A stretch of DNA of 64,000 bases from Alphaproteobacteria bacterium MarineAlpha5_Bin12. GTDB lineage: Bacteria > Pseudomonadota > Alphaproteobacteria > HIMB59 > GCA-002718135. The translations under genes were made by a program, and so were the position numbers. Where the stretch lies: contig PTKS01000005.1 in the NCBI GenBank assembly GCA_002937855.1, positions 64,230-128,229 on the forward strand, given 5' to 3'. The first letter of the stretch is position 1. Every line of letters starts with the position of its first letter. The notes beneath the pieces were generated by a model that saw only the letters and a list, made by a program, of their open reading frames with translations, searched no databases and was not told the origin of the DNA. Positions 1-10,661 of this stretch are shown here, piece by piece.

Positions 1-114
1 TTTTTCTACATCTTTAATTAATGGCATTAAGGTTTCGGCAACATATCTTCCACCAAAATTTCCAAAAAAACCAGATTCATCTGGCCAGTTTTTAAAGCTA
101 TTTTTAATATTCAT
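1..114 (-). CDS. trpB: Tryptophan synthase beta subunit, N-terminal fragment (gene continues beyond the window start)
   Basis: Own translation of the minus strand from ATG at 114-112: [38 protein letters not shown]. The PDE.G.FG.FGG.YV.ETLM pattern is the typical TrpB N-terminus. It lies directly downstream of trpF. Confidence 0.8.
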   Translation of the reverse strand, partial: MNIKNSFKNWPDESGFFGNFGGRYVAETLMPLIKDVEK

Positions 115-115
115 T

Positions 116-766
116 TTATTTTCTTATTATCTCAATTATTTCATTGATTTTATTTATGTTTTTTATACCCGGTTTACTTTCAACACCTGAGGATATATCT
201 AAACCATAAACAGATTTAATATTCACTGCATTTTTTATATTATATTTATTAATACCTCCAGATAAAAACCATTCTTTATTTATGGTGATTTTTTCTAAGA
301 TTTTCCAATTGAACGATTTCGCATTCCCTCCAGGCAACTCATTGCTTCTTCTTCCTTTGTAATCAAATAAATAGAAATCAGCCTCATTAAAATTATTTAA
401 ATTTATTGCGTCTTTTAAATTATTCAATTTTATAACCTTAATCACCTTAATATTCTTATTTTTCCTTTTAATTTTGTTAATGTACGAATTACTTTCTCTT
501 CCATGTAATTGGATAAACTTTAAATTAAGTTTGTCTATATGTTTTTGAAGATTATCTAATCTCATATTCACAAAAACCCCTACAGTTTTAATCTTTTTTT
601 TGTTAGCAATTTTAGATAATTTATATGCCTTAGTAATATCTACATATCTAGGACTTTTTTTGAAAAAAATTAATCCAAAATAATCAACATTTTTTTTTAT
701 TAAAAAATTTAATATTTTTGGATCCTTTATCCCACATATTTTTAATTTTTTAAATTTTTTCTTCAT
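116..766 (-). CDS. trpF: Phosphoribosylanthranilate isomerase
   Basis: 216 aa. N-terminal KICGI motif, C-terminal GLDISSGVE motif, adjacent to trpB. Confidence 0.85.
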   Translation of the reverse strand: MKKKFKKLKICGIKDPKILNFLIKKNVDYFGLIFFKKSPRYVDITKAYKLSKIANKKKIKTVGVFVNMRLDNLQKHIDKLNLKFIQLHGRESNSYINKIKRKNKNIKVIKVIKLNNLKDAINLNNFNEADFYLFDYKGRRSNELPGGNAKSFNWKILEKITINKEWFLSGGINKYNIKNAVNIKSVYGLDISSGVESKPGIKNINKINEIIEIIRK

Positions 767-1439
767 TAATTAGATTTATTATTTTCATAGGATCTTTAGC
801 ATTTAAAATTGGTCTTCCTATGACTAAGTAATTTGCACCTAATTTTATTGCTTCTTTCGGTTGCATTATTCTTTTTTGATCATCTTTTGAAATATTATTA
901 TTTTTTAATCTAATTCCAGGAGTAATAATTTTTAATTTCTTCTTTGATATTTTTTTTACTATTTTAATTTCTTTTGGACTGCAAACTATTCCATCTATTT
1001 TAGATTTCAGTGCGACTTTAGTCATTTTACTTACAAGTTTTTTAGAATTATCTATATTATAAAATTTTTTTAAATCATTATTTTCTAAACTAGTTAAAAC
1101 TGAGACTCCTATTATTTTTGTTTTTTTTGAAACTTTTTTAGCTTCTTTTAGCATTTTTTCCCCACCAGATATGTGAACAGTTATCATATCTGGTTTAAGA
1201 TAGTTTAGAGCTTTCAAGCCTTTATTTACAGTATTTGGAATGTCGTGTAATTTTAAATCTAAAAAGATTTTTAAATTCTTTTTTTTTAAAAAATCATAAC
1301 CTTTTTTATTAAAATTGTAGAAAAATTCATATCCTACTTTTACTCCATATATTTTTTTTGATATTTTATTTAGAAGTTTTTTTATTTTGGATAAATCATT
1401 AGAATCTAAAGCTACAATAATTTTACTTTTTGTGAGCAT
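750..1439 (-). CDS. pyrF: Orotidine 5'-phosphate decarboxylase
   Basis: 229 aa. Motifs IVALD, KVG, DLKLHDIPNTV and VIGRPI are typical of PyrF. Confidence 0.9.
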   Translation of the reverse strand: MLTKSKIIVALDSNDLSKIKKLLNKISKKIYGVKVGYEFFYNFNKKGYDFLKKKNLKIFLDLKLHDIPNTVNKGLKALNYLKPDMITVHISGGEKMLKEAKKVSKKTKIIGVSVLTSLENNDLKKFYNIDNSKKLVSKMTKVALKSKIDGIVCSPKEIKIVKKISKKKLKIITPGIRLKNNNISKDDQKRIMQPKEAIKLGANYLVIGRPILNAKDPMKIINLINEEKI

Positions 1440-1450
1440 AAAAAAAATTT

Positions 1451-1738
1451 TTAATTATCATTAGAATTTATTTTTTTATTTAAAATTTTACCTGTTTTAA
1501 AGTGTACACTTTTTTTCTCTAAAACATTAATTATACTTCCTGTCTTAGGATTTCTTGCTTGTCTCGATTTATTAGTTTTTATTTTGAAAGTGCCAAAGCC
1601 TCTTATTTCTATTTTTTTATCTATATTTAGAGATTTTGTAATTTTATCGAAAAATATATTTATTATTTTTTCAACATCTGTAGGTTTTAGATTGGGGTAT
1701 TTAGAATTCAATTTAGTAATTAAATTTGATTTTTTCAT
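1451..1738 (-). CDS. ihfB: Integration host factor beta subunit (HU/IHF family DNA-binding protein)
   Basis: 95 aa. IEIRGFGTF...ARNPKTG...HFKTGK is the HU/IHF fold signature. The position immediately downstream of rpsA matches the classical rpsA-ihfB arrangement. Confidence 0.8.
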   Translation of the reverse strand: MKKSNLITKLNSKYPNLKPTDVEKIINIFFDKITKSLNIDKKIEIRGFGTFKIKTNKSRQARNPKTGSIINVLEKKSVHFKTGKILNKKINSNDN

Positions 1739-1749
1739 CTTAGATCTTA

Positions 1750-3453
1750 TTATTCTTTTGGTTTTAAAACCTTTCCTAAAATATCACCCAAAGATGCGCC
1801 TGAATCACTTGATCCGAATTGGCTCAATGCCTCTTTTTCTTCAATTATTTCTTTTTGCTTAATTGATAAATTAATTAAGTTTTTCTTAGTATCAAAAGAA
1901 ATTACAACTGAGTCAATTTTTTCACCAACTGCAAATCTTTCTACTTTTTGTTCATTTTTATCTTTCGCTAAATTAACTTTACTTATAAATCCATTATTTT
2001 GTTCATCAATTTTTACTGTTAATCCTTCTTCATTGATTGATAATATTTCACAAGTTACTTGAGAATTTTTAGGGAAATTACCCTTCATTTTTTCAAGTGG
2101 ACTTTCTTTAAGTTGTTTAATTCCTAAACTAATTCTTTCTTTTTCGATATCTATTTCTAATATTTTGACTTTTATCATTTTTCCTTTTGAGTAATTTGAT
2201 AAAACTTTTTCATAATTTTCTTCCCATGTTAAATCTGAGATGTGAACCATACCATCAATTTCATCAAGTACTTTGACAAAAATTCCAAAGTCAACGATAT
2301 TTACAATTTCCGATTCAAAGATATCTCCAATTTTAAATTTATCTTTGATTTGATCCCATGGGTTTTCTTTACATTGTTTTAATCCAAGGCTTATACGTTT
2401 TTTTTCATCATCAATTTCAAGAATTTTTGTTTTAATTTCATCATTAATATTCAAGATTTTTGAAGCATGAATATTTTTTTTAGTCCAGCTTAAATCTTGG
2501 CTATGTATTAAACCTTCAACATCTTTATCTAATTTAACAAATGCTCCATAGTCAGTTATAGCAGATACTACTCCCGAATATTCTTTTCCAACTTCATAAT
2601 TTTTACTTATTGATTCCCAAGGATCTAAGGTTAGTTGTTTTATTCCAAGGCTTAGACGTTTTTTTTCTTCATCAAATTTGAGTACAACAGTATTTATTTC
2701 TTCACCTATTTTTAAGAAGTCACTTGGATGATTAATTCTTCCCCATGTAATATCTGTAATATGTACTAATCCATCCATACCACCTAAATCAACAAATGCT
2801 CCATAGTCAGTTAGATTTTTTACTGTACCTTTTATTTGAGAGCCTTCTTTAATATTTGAAATTAATTCGTCTCTTGCTTCTTTTCTCTCTTCTTCTATGA
2901 TAGCTTTTCTTGAAACTACAATATTACCCCTTAATTTATCCATTTTAAGTATAACCAACTCTATAGATTTGTTTAATAATTCATTAAGATTTTTTATTGG
3001 TTTGTTGTCAATTTGGCTCCCAGGTAAAAATGCTGTAACTCCATTTAAATCTACAGATAAGCCACCTTTCACTTTATTAAAAGGGATTCCACTTATTTTT
3101 TTTCCACTTTTGAAACATTTTTCTAATTCATTCCATGATGCTTGTTTTACTGCTTTTTCTCTTGATAATCTTATTTCACCATTATTATCATCTAAATTAT
3201 CTAAGAAAACTTCAATTGTATCACCTATTTTAATTTCCGCCTCTTTCCCCATTCTATTAAATTCTGCAGTTGGTATTTTTCCTTCACTCTTTAGGCCCAC
3301 ATCGATTATTACATTATCTTTAGTAATTGAAACAACGTTTCCTTTTATTATTTTTTTTTCGTATTGCTGATTGTCTTTAAATGAATTGTCTATTAACTTA
3401 GAAAAATCCTCATTAGATATATTTAATTCATTTTTTTCGATATTTATTGGCAT
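1750..3453 (-). CDS. rpsA: 30S ribosomal protein S1
   Basis: 567 aa with six repeated S1 domains (recurring G..V.G.V..I..yGAFVdL motifs). cmk-rpsA synteny. Confidence 0.95.
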   Translation of the reverse strand: MPINIEKNELNISNEDFSKLIDNSFKDNQQYEKKIIKGNVVSITKDNVIIDVGLKSEGKIPTAEFNRMGKEAEIKIGDTIEVFLDNLDDNNGEIRLSREKAVKQASWNELEKCFKSGKKISGIPFNKVKGGLSVDLNGVTAFLPGSQIDNKPIKNLNELLNKSIELVILKMDKLRGNIVVSRKAIIEEERKEARDELISNIKEGSQIKGTVKNLTDYGAFVDLGGMDGLVHITDITWGRINHPSDFLKIGEEINTVVLKFDEEKKRLSLGIKQLTLDPWESISKNYEVGKEYSGVVSAITDYGAFVKLDKDVEGLIHSQDLSWTKKNIHASKILNINDEIKTKILEIDDEKKRISLGLKQCKENPWDQIKDKFKIGDIFESEIVNIVDFGIFVKVLDEIDGMVHISDLTWEENYEKVLSNYSKGKMIKVKILEIDIEKERISLGIKQLKESPLEKMKGNFPKNSQVTCEILSINEEGLTVKIDEQNNGFISKVNLAKDKNEQKVERFAVGEKIDSVVISFDTKKNLINLSIKQKEIIEEKEALSQFGSSDSGASLGDILGKVLKPKE

Positions 3454-4108
3454 TTTTTGATTTGTTAGATAATTTTTTTATTATTAGATTTTTTATTAAT
3501 TTCTTTGTATTTTGTAAGTTGCATGAATTATCTATGATTATTGCATTCTCAGGAATGATGAGTGGTGAATATTTTCTATTTTTATCTTTTTCATCTCTTA
3601 TTTTAATTTCATTTAAAACGTTGCTGTATATAATCCTTTCACCCCGATCAATCAACTCTTTATAACGTCTTTTTGCTCTAATTTTTTGATTAGTGTTAAT
3701 ATAAAGCTTAATATCAGCATTTTTGAATACAACCGAACCTATATCTCGGCCATCAATTACAAATCCAGGGTATTTTTTTAAATTAGCCTTGACCAATCTT
3801 TTTTGATTTAAGTTAATTAAGTTTCTAATTTTTTTAATTTTAGCTATTTCTGATGATTTTTTAGAAATTTTTAGAGATCTTAAAGATTTATTATTTGTAA
3901 AGTCAATCTTTTTATATTTGTCTATGAAATCTGAGATTTCTTTTTTTTTATTTAATACTATTTTTTTTTTAATAATTATCTTTGCTATTTTTCTATAGTA
4001 CATTCCAGAATCTATATGAAAAAAATTAAATTCTTTTTTTATAAATTTTGCTATAGTCCCTTTTCCCGAAGCCGCCTCACCATCAATAGTTATAATTATT
4101 GGTTTCAA
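3428..4108 (-). CDS. cmk: Cytidylate kinase
   Basis: 226 aa. P-loop ITIDGEAASGKGT, DGRDIGSVVF motif, aroA-cmk-rpsA synteny. Confidence 0.9.
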   Translation of the reverse strand: MKPIIITIDGEAASGKGTIAKFIKKEFNFFHIDSGMYYRKIAKIIIKKKIVLNKKKEISDFIDKYKKIDFTNNKSLRSLKISKKSSEIAKIKKIRNLINLNQKRLVKANLKKYPGFVIDGRDIGSVVFKNADIKLYINTNQKIRAKRRYKELIDRGERIIYSNVLNEIKIRDEKDKNRKYSPLIIPENAIIIDNSCNLQNTKKLIKNLIIKKLSNKSKNANKYRKK

Positions 4109-5421
4109 TTTAAAACTTTTACTCCTATCTTTTTAAATTCATTAATAAATTTAGGAAAACTGGTTTTAATATATTGTGCATCTTTTATAATTACTTCATT
4201 GTTACTTAACAATCCCATTATAAAAAAGGACATTGCTATTCTGTGATCTTTATTAGAATTTATTATAATTTTTTTATATTTTATATTTCTTAATTTCGGA
4301 TTTATAGTTATGCTATTATTTTTAATATTACACTTAACTCCAAATTTATCTAAATTTTTTTTTATTGATAAAAGTCTATTACTTTCCTTTATTTTTAGTT
4401 CTTCTAATCCATAAAATTTTGAAACAGTTTTTGCATTTGCAGCAGCTATTGAAAGAATTGGATATTCATCTATCATAGTTGGTGCAACATATCTATTAAG
4501 ATTGCATCCTTTAAGTTGACTATATTTTACATAAATGTCTCCAACTTTTTCTCCATTTAATTTTCTTATGTTTCTTATATCAATATTTGCATTCATTTTT
4601 TTTAAAGCTAACAACAAACCTGTTCTTGTTGGATTCAAGTTAATATTTTTTATCGATATTCTAGAATCTTTAATTAGTAGTGCTGCAACAATAAAAAATG
4701 AGGCTGAAGAAAAATCTCCCGGAACGGTTATATTAGAAGGTTTTAGTTCTTTTCGTCCTTTAATTGAAATTATTTTTAATCTATTTTTCTTTTTAATTTT
4801 TATATCACTTTTAAAGTTCTTTAACATAATTTCAGTATGATCTCTAGTTATAGATTTCTCATATATTTTAGATAATCCATTTGTGTTAAGGCATGCTAAA
4901 ACTATACCAGACTTAATCTGCGAAGATGGGTTAAGAATCTTATAATTTATATTATTTAAATAATTTTTTCCAATTATTGTGTATGGTAGTTTTTTATTTC
5001 TGTGTTCAAATTTAGCACCCATTTTTATCATAGGATTAATTATTCTATCCATAGGTCTTTTAGATAGAGATTTGTCTCCAAATATTTTTGTTTTAAAAGG
5101 TTGAGATGCTAAAAGTCCTGTTAACAGCCTTGCTGTTGTTCCAGAGTTTCCAAAATATAGATTTTTATTACTTTTTTTGAGTGAATTTAGACCTTTTCCA
5201 TAAATAATAATTTTATTATTCTTTTTTATTATTTTAACACCCAATGCTTTAAGTGAATTTATTGTGTTTTTGACATCTTCTGATTCTAGGAGGTTTGTAA
5301 TAATTGTTTTACCTTTTGATATTGAGGGGATTATAATAGCTCTGTGAGATATAGATTTATCCCCAGGTATTGTTACTTCACCCATTAGGGGTTTTGTTAT
5401 TTTCCGTACGATTATTTTCAT
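4105..5421 (-). CDS. aroA: 3-phosphoshikimate 1-carboxyvinyltransferase (EPSP synthase)
   Basis: 438 aa. Motifs PGDKSISHRA, GNSGTTARLL and DHRIAMSF. 4-nt overlap with cmk. Confidence 0.95.
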   Translation of the reverse strand: MKIIVRKITKPLMGEVTIPGDKSISHRAIIIPSISKGKTIITNLLESEDVKNTINSLKALGVKIIKKNNKIIIYGKGLNSLKKSNKNLYFGNSGTTARLLTGLLASQPFKTKIFGDKSLSKRPMDRIINPMIKMGAKFEHRNKKLPYTIIGKNYLNNINYKILNPSSQIKSGIVLACLNTNGLSKIYEKSITRDHTEIMLKNFKSDIKIKKKNRLKIISIKGRKELKPSNITVPGDFSSASFFIVAALLIKDSRISIKNINLNPTRTGLLLALKKMNANIDIRNIRKLNGEKVGDIYVKYSQLKGCNLNRYVAPTMIDEYPILSIAAANAKTVSKFYGLEELKIKESNRLLSIKKNLDKFGVKCNIKNNSITINPKLRNIKYKKIIINSNKDHRIAMSFFIMGLLSNNEVIIKDAQYIKTSFPKFINEFKKIGVKVLN

Positions 5422-5474
5422 AGCATAATTTTTTTAATATAAATTTTTTTTTATTTTATCTAGTTTTTGTTTTG

Positions 5475-6227
5475 CTACCCTAAACTAAAACCACTTCCAA
5501 GGTATGATGATTTAACTTCTTCATTTTCTATTACTTTATTAGGAAGTCCTGAGTCAATGATGCTTCCTTCGCTTGCTATATAAACAATATCAACAATATT
5601 TAAAGTTTCTCGAACATTGTGATCTGTTATAATTATTCCAATATTTTTCTTTTTTAATTCAGTAATAATTTTTTTTATATCTCCTATTGAAATAGGGTCA
5701 ATTCCTGTAAGAGGTTCATCCATCAATAGATATTCAGGATTTGCAGCTAATGTTCTAGCGATTTCTAGCCTTCTTTTTTCTCCTCCAGATAAAACAGCTG
5801 CACTAGACTTTCTTAAATGAGATATATCAAATTCATTTAATAAATTTTCTAATTTTATAAATCTTAATTTTTTATCTTTTTCGGAAATTTCTAATATTGA
5901 ATATATATTGTCTTCAACTGTCATTCCTCTAAATATAGACGATTCTTGCGGCAAATAACTAATACCCATATTTCCTCTTTGAAAAATTGGCATGTCAGTA
6001 ATTTTTTTTCCATTTAGTAAAACATCACCACTATCAGGTCTTGTAAGTCCAACTAAAATATGAAAAGCAGTTGTTTTACCTGCACCGTTTGGTCCCAACA
6101 AACCGACAACCTGACCTTTTTGAACATTTATGCTTATATTTCTAATTATAGGCTTATTTCTTATTGATTTAGATATTTTATTTAAACTTAATCCATGATT
6201 AATTATTTTAAAAACTTTATTACTCAT
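5475..6227 (-). CDS. lptB: LPS export ABC transporter ATP-binding protein
   Basis: 250 aa. Walker A GPNGAGKTT, signature LSGGEKRRLEIAR, Walker B LLMDEP. Downstream of lptC-lptA. Confidence 0.9.
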   Translation of the reverse strand: MSNKVFKIINHGLSLNKISKSIRNKPIIRNISINVQKGQVVGLLGPNGAGKTTAFHILVGLTRPDSGDVLLNGKKITDMPIFQRGNMGISYLPQESSIFRGMTVEDNIYSILEISEKDKKLRFIKLENLLNEFDISHLRKSSAAVLSGGEKRRLEIARTLAANPEYLLMDEPLTGIDPISIGDIKKIITELKKKNIGIIITDHNVRETLNIVDIVYIASEGSIIDSGLPNKVIENEEVKSSYLGSGFSLG

Positions 6228-6228
6228 T

Positions 6229-6894
6229 TTAATCTTCAGAACTTATTAAAAGTTGAACTTTATTATTGATTGATTTAATTGAGTAATTATTTGTTTCCAT
6301 ATTAATACTAGCATAATCACCAGTTGTGATTTCTTGTCCTTTAATTATTTTTACTTCATCAAAAAGTTCAAGTAAATTATTATCTTTTGAATAAATGGCT
6401 GATTTTGAATATGATTTCATATTTTGATTTTCTATATACACTTTTTTATTATCCTTAGCCTCAACTATATTAATATATTTTTCTTTATTAAATTCTTTAA
6501 TTTCCCCTTTGATTTCATCACTTTTAATAGTTAATTTTTCATTTGAAAAAAAACCATTTCCAGAAATAAAAAAATTCCCGCTTTCTATTTCATAAATTAT
6601 TTCATCACCAGTAATTATTGCGCCATCTAAAGTATCAATCTCAGCATTTTTCTTTGCAATTATTTTTACCAAATCATAAAGATCGTCTTTATAATAGGCT
6701 ATTACGTTTTCTGCTTTCAGATTAAAGTTTTGTGATTTAATTTTTACATTATCAATTAATTCATAATATTTTTCATTTTGATAAAGAGTTATACCACTAT
6801 CTGTGGTGATTTCAGTATCATAATTTAAATTTTCTTCTGCAAATAATTTTAAATTAATAAATATAATGTTTAAAATGATTAAAAATATTTTCAT
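6229..6894 (-). CDS. lptA: LPS transport periplasmic protein LptA (OstA-like)
   Basis: 221 aa. N-terminal signal-like segment and beta-rich repetitive sequence. Position between lptC and lptB. Confidence 0.6.
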   Translation of the reverse strand: MKIFLIILNIIFINLKLFAEENLNYDTEITTDSGITLYQNEKYYELIDNVKIKSQNFNLKAENVIAYYKDDLYDLVKIIAKKNAEIDTLDGAIITGDEIIYEIESGNFFISGNGFFSNEKLTIKSDEIKGEIKEFNKEKYINIVEAKDNKKVYIENQNMKSYSKSAIYSKDNNLLELFDEVKIIKGQEITTGDYASINMETNNYSIKSINNKVQLLISSED

Positions 6895-7331
6895 TGAATT
6901 AATATATTACTTTTTCCTTTGAAATTTATTATTTCACCTTTGTTTTTTACATCAAAACCGTTTGATGTTATTTGTAATTTTTTTGATTTAAAAAAAGTTT
7001 TTTCTTCACTAGAGGCATCAAAGCTTACTTGATTAAAATTTACCATATCGCTTTCAAGAATGAATTCACTTGATTTAAATTTTACATCTCCTTCTAAAAA
7101 TATTCTATTTTTAGATATAAAACTAGCCTTTTTTGCTATAACCTCTAAATTATCTTTATTTGATTTTTCTTTTGTAAATCTAGGATTAATAATATCTACA
7201 TCTGATCTAAATTCATTTATTTTTTCAATTTCTTCATCGAAAGAAAAATATAAATAAAATGATAATGATAAAATTATTAAAAATAAAAAAATTATATAAA
7301 TTTGTAAATTAATTTTAAATAAAAAATTCAC
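6891..7331 (-). CDS. lptC: LPS export system protein LptC-like (membrane-anchored)
   Basis: 146 aa with a single N-terminal TM segment. 4-nt overlap with lptA, downstream of kdsD. The call rests mainly on context. Confidence 0.5.
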   Translation of the reverse strand: MNFLFKINLQIYIIFLFLIILSLSFYLYFSFDEEIEKINEFRSDVDIINPRFTKEKSNKDNLEVIAKKASFISKNRIFLEGDVKFKSSEFILESDMVNFNQVSFDASSEEKTFFKSKKLQITSNGFDVKNKGEIINFKGKSNILIQ

Positions 7332-7334
7332 TTT

Positions 7335-8291
7335 TTAAGTTGTAATCCTCAAACAATCGTGAATATGAATAATTCCAATAGGCTTATTTTTTTTACATAT
7401 AAATAAACTTGTTATTTTTTTTCTATTCATTAAATTTAGTGCTTCTCCAATTAAAAAATTTTCATTTATTGTAAAAGGTTTCTTCTTCATAATACCCTTA
7501 ACTGATTTATTAATTAAATTTACATTCATTTTTCTTCTTAAATCACCGTCTGTAATTATACCTATCAATTTATTTTGTTTATTTAATACTCCTAAACAAC
7601 CAAAACTTTTTTTTGTCATTTCTATTAAAGCTTTATCCATCAACGAGTTTTCTTTTAAAAGTGGTAATTTTTTTCCAATATGCATTATCTCTGATACTTT
7701 TTTTAGGTCTTTTCCTATATTACCTCCCGGATGAAAAATTTTAAAATCTTCTCTATCAAATCCTTTAATTTTAAGTAAAGTTACAGCAATTGCATCTCCT
7801 AATACCAACATCATTGAGGTTGAAGTAGTAGGTGCTAGATTTAAAGGACATGCTTCCTTATTTTTTTTTAGAACAATACTAACTGTTGATTTCTTACATA
7901 AAAGACTATCAGAATTTGCTGTTATTGAAAAAAGTGGGACATTAAGTCTTTTTGCATAATTTATTATTGCATTTAGTTCAAATGATTTACCTGAATTAGA
8001 TATTGCTAATATGGAATCATTTTTTGTAATCATACCAAGATCACCATGCCCTGCTTCTGCAGGATGAACAAAAAAGGCTGGAGTGCCAGTAGATGCTAAT
8101 GTTGCTGTAATCTTATTAGCGATATGACCGCTTTTACCCATCCCTGTTACAATTATTCTTCCTTTAGTATTAGTAATACCTTCTACCAACTTAACAAAAT
8201 TTTTATTAAAATTTTTAGACAATGATTTGATGCCCACTATTTCTTCTCGAAGTACTCTATTAGCTTCTTTTATAATATATTTGTCCTTCAT
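7335..8291 (-). CDS. kdsD: Arabinose-5-phosphate isomerase (KpsF/GutQ family, SIS + tandem CBS)
   Basis: 318 aa. SIS motif VTGMGKSGHIA, C-terminal CBS pair, adjacent to lptCAB. Confidence 0.85.
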   Translation of the reverse strand: MKDKYIIKEANRVLREEIVGIKSLSKNFNKNFVKLVEGITNTKGRIIVTGMGKSGHIANKITATLASTGTPAFFVHPAEAGHGDLGMITKNDSILAISNSGKSFELNAIINYAKRLNVPLFSITANSDSLLCKKSTVSIVLKKNKEACPLNLAPTTSTSMMLVLGDAIAVTLLKIKGFDREDFKIFHPGGNIGKDLKKVSEIMHIGKKLPLLKENSLMDKALIEMTKKSFGCLGVLNKQNKLIGIITDGDLRRKMNVNLINKSVKGIMKKKPFTINENFLIGEALNLMNRKKITSLFICKKNKPIGIIHIHDCLRITT

Positions 8292-8292
8292 T

Positions 8293-8916
8293 TTAATGAC
8301 TAAAAATATCTTTCTGATCCCATCCTAATAAGTCTAATTCTGTTCTTTTATTAATAAAATTAAAACATGATTGAGATAATTTAATACGATTTTCTCTTAA
8401 TAACATTTCATCTAAAATTTTTTTTATTTTATGCAAATACATTACATCATTTGCTGCATATTTTAGTTGAGACTTAGATAATTTTTCTTTCCCCCAATCA
8501 GAAGTTTGTTGTGTTTTTGATATTTCAATATTTAGTAATTCTTTACATAAATCCTTTAAACCATGCTTATCGGTAAATGTTCTCGCTAATTTTGAAGCAA
8601 TTTTTGTACAATAAATTGGATTAACATTTATTTTGAAGTTGTAATTCAAAACACCAACATCAAATCTTGCATAATGAAAAATTTTTAATATTTTTTTGTC
8701 TTTAAGAATCTTAATTAAATTTGTTGGTTTAGCTTTTTGCTTTTTTTCAAGTTTGACTAAATGACAAATTCCATTGCCTGTTGATAATTGTATTAGACAT
8801 AGTCTATCTCTAATTGGATTAAGTCCCATTGTTTCTGTATCTATAGCAATAGACTTATTTATTTTTAATGATTTAGGAATATCTCCACTGTGTAATACAA
8901 TTTTCATTATATTCAA
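8293..8916 (-). CDS. 3'-5' exonuclease, RNase D-like (DEDDy family)
   Basis: 207 aa. IAIDTETMGL (Exo I) and YAANDVMYLHKI (Exo III, DEDDy) motifs. Confidence 0.7.
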   Translation of the reverse strand: MNIMKIVLHSGDIPKSLKINKSIAIDTETMGLNPIRDRLCLIQLSTGNGICHLVKLEKKQKAKPTNLIKILKDKKILKIFHYARFDVGVLNYNFKINVNPIYCTKIASKLARTFTDKHGLKDLCKELLNIEISKTQQTSDWGKEKLSKSQLKYAANDVMYLHKIKKILDEMLLRENRIKLSQSCFNFINKRTELDLLGWDQKDIFSH

Positions 8917-8966
8917 ATATAACCTTTTTTTCGTATATTAAAATGTTATATCACTTATAATAAAAG

Positions 8967-9881
8967 ATGGCAAAAACACTATTAATTTTTGGAGGGTCAG
9001 GATTTATTGGTAGCTATATAGTTAGAAGATTATCCAAATTAGGCTTCAGAATTATAATTCCAACTTCTAAACCCAGTAAAAGCAAGCATCTAAAACTTTC
9101 AGGTTCAGTGGGTCAAGTATTGCCAATCAAATTGAATTTTAAAAACTTCAATGAAATTAAGAAAATAATGAACAAATCAGATATTATTATAAACCTTAAA
9201 ACTGTTTGGTCAGAGTCTAAAAACAATTCTTATAAAAAAAATATATTTGATTTCAATAAATTAATAATTGATAATATCAAAGATTCTAAAATTGATAAAT
9301 ATATTTATTTTTCTGGAATAGGAACATCTATCAATTCATCTTCTAAAAGAACTATAGAAATAGCCAGGGTCGAAAATTATATAATATCTAATTTAAAAAA
9401 TTATTCAATAATTAGACCAAGTATTGTAATTGGTAGTTCAGACAAATTCATCTCAAAATTATCTGCAATAATAAAACTATCACTTTTAATTCCAATTTTT
9501 GGATCAGGAAAAAATAAGATTCAACCTACTTTTGTAGACGATGTGGCTTTAGCAGTAGAAAAATTAATTTTAAAAAAAATAAATGACAATAAAATTTATG
9601 AATTAGGTGGAAACTTAATATTATCATACAAAGAAGTATATAAATTAATTGCAAAAGAAATGAATTTAAAAAGGTTTTTTTTTCATATTAATTTTTTTTT
9701 CGCAAAAATAGGTGTTTATTTCATAGAAAAATTACCGATAGATTTATTAACAACTGAACAATTAGAATTATTTAAAGAGGATAATTTGGTGAGTGGTAAT
9801 TACTCAACATATAAGAATTTAGAAATACAACCAAAAGATACTAAACAATTAATTAAAAAAATAATAAAAAATTTAGAATAA
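8967..9881 (+). CDS. NAD(P)-dependent epimerase/dehydratase family protein (NDUFA9-like)
   Basis: 304 aa. N-terminal Rossmann motif IFGGSGFIGSYIV. Atypical SDR architecture. Confidence 0.6.
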   Translation: MAKTLLIFGGSGFIGSYIVRRLSKLGFRIIIPTSKPSKSKHLKLSGSVGQVLPIKLNFKNFNEIKKIMNKSDIIINLKTVWSESKNNSYKKNIFDFNKLIIDNIKDSKIDKYIYFSGIGTSINSSSKRTIEIARVENYIISNLKNYSIIRPSIVIGSSDKFISKLSAIIKLSLLIPIFGSGKNKIQPTFVDDVALAVEKLILKKINDNKIYELGGNLILSYKEVYKLIAKEMNLKRFFFHINFFFAKIGVYFIEKLPIDLLTTEQLELFKEDNLVSGNYSTYKNLEIQPKDTKQLIKKIIKNLE

Positions 9882-9885
9882 ATTT

Positions 9886-10617
9886 TTATTTTTTTAATAT
9901 ATATTCAATTGAATTTATAAGTTTTTTGAGATCATTTTTTTTTGATAAACTATGATCTCCATTCTTTATCAATCTTAATTCAATATTATTGTTTGGTATT
10001 ATTTTTAATATTTTTTGAGGAACATCAATTGGAACTACACTGTCCTTTAATCCATGTAATAAAATTATAGGTTTATTAAAACTAAATTTTTTGTTTAAAA
10101 TTAAATTTTTATTTCCATCATTAAAAAGTTTTTTAGTCCAAATATATGTATAATTCCACTTTCTTACTTTTATGACTTTATTTTTCTGAAGTTTAAGTTT
10201 ATTTTTTTTTGATAAACTTTTATATAAATCTTTTGTAAAATCTGGTGCAGCTGCAATTCCAATTAAACCACAAATTCTAGTTTTTCTTAATTTTGCAGCT
10301 AACATCATTAACCAGCCCCCCATACTACTTCCAATAAGTAATTGCGGTCCTTTTGTCTTATTATCAATAATATCTAATAAATCTTTCTTCCAATCTGAAA
10401 TTACAAATTCTTCAATTTTTCCATAAGATTTTCCATGCCCTCTACAATCAAATTTTACAAAAGATATTTTTTTTAATTTGGCATATTTTTCAATATATTT
10501 GGCTTTTTCACCAGACATATCTGAATTATATCCATGAATAAAAATAATTCCAGGATCACTCCCTATTGTTTTATTGAAGGCAATATATTGTTTTTGTTTA
10601 TTTATAAAATAAGACAT
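9886..10617 (-). CDS. Alpha/beta hydrolase
   Basis: 243 aa. Nucleophile elbow GSSMGG, HG oxyanion motif IFIHGY, C-terminal GDHS. Confidence 0.55.
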   Translation of the reverse strand: MSYFINKQKQYIAFNKTIGSDPGIIFIHGYNSDMSGEKAKYIEKYAKLKKISFVKFDCRGHGKSYGKIEEFVISDWKKDLLDIIDNKTKGPQLLIGSSMGGWLMMLAAKLRKTRICGLIGIAAAPDFTKDLYKSLSKKNKLKLQKNKVIKVRKWNYTYIWTKKLFNDGNKNLILNKKFSFNKPIILLHGLKDSVVPIDVPQKILKIIPNNNIELRLIKNGDHSLSKKNDLKKLINSIEYILKK

Positions 10618-10661
10618 AATGCTAATTATATTAATTAATTATAAAAAAATACATTAAATTT

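Noticed and set aside
2897-3370. Long antisense or alternative-frame ORFs from the six-frame track. Examples are 2897-3370 in rpsA, 4535-4840 in aroA, 24754-25194 in lpxK, 41963-42373 in the dsbD-like gene, 32378-32611 and 34670-34936 in cox genes, and 49269-49595 and 49800-50060 opposite the DUF2130 gene.
   Set aside because: Each lies entirely inside a confidently identified gene on the other strand or in another frame. Each has low-complexity, F/I/L/S-rich composition typical of antisense translation of AT-rich coding DNA, and shows no recognisable motif.
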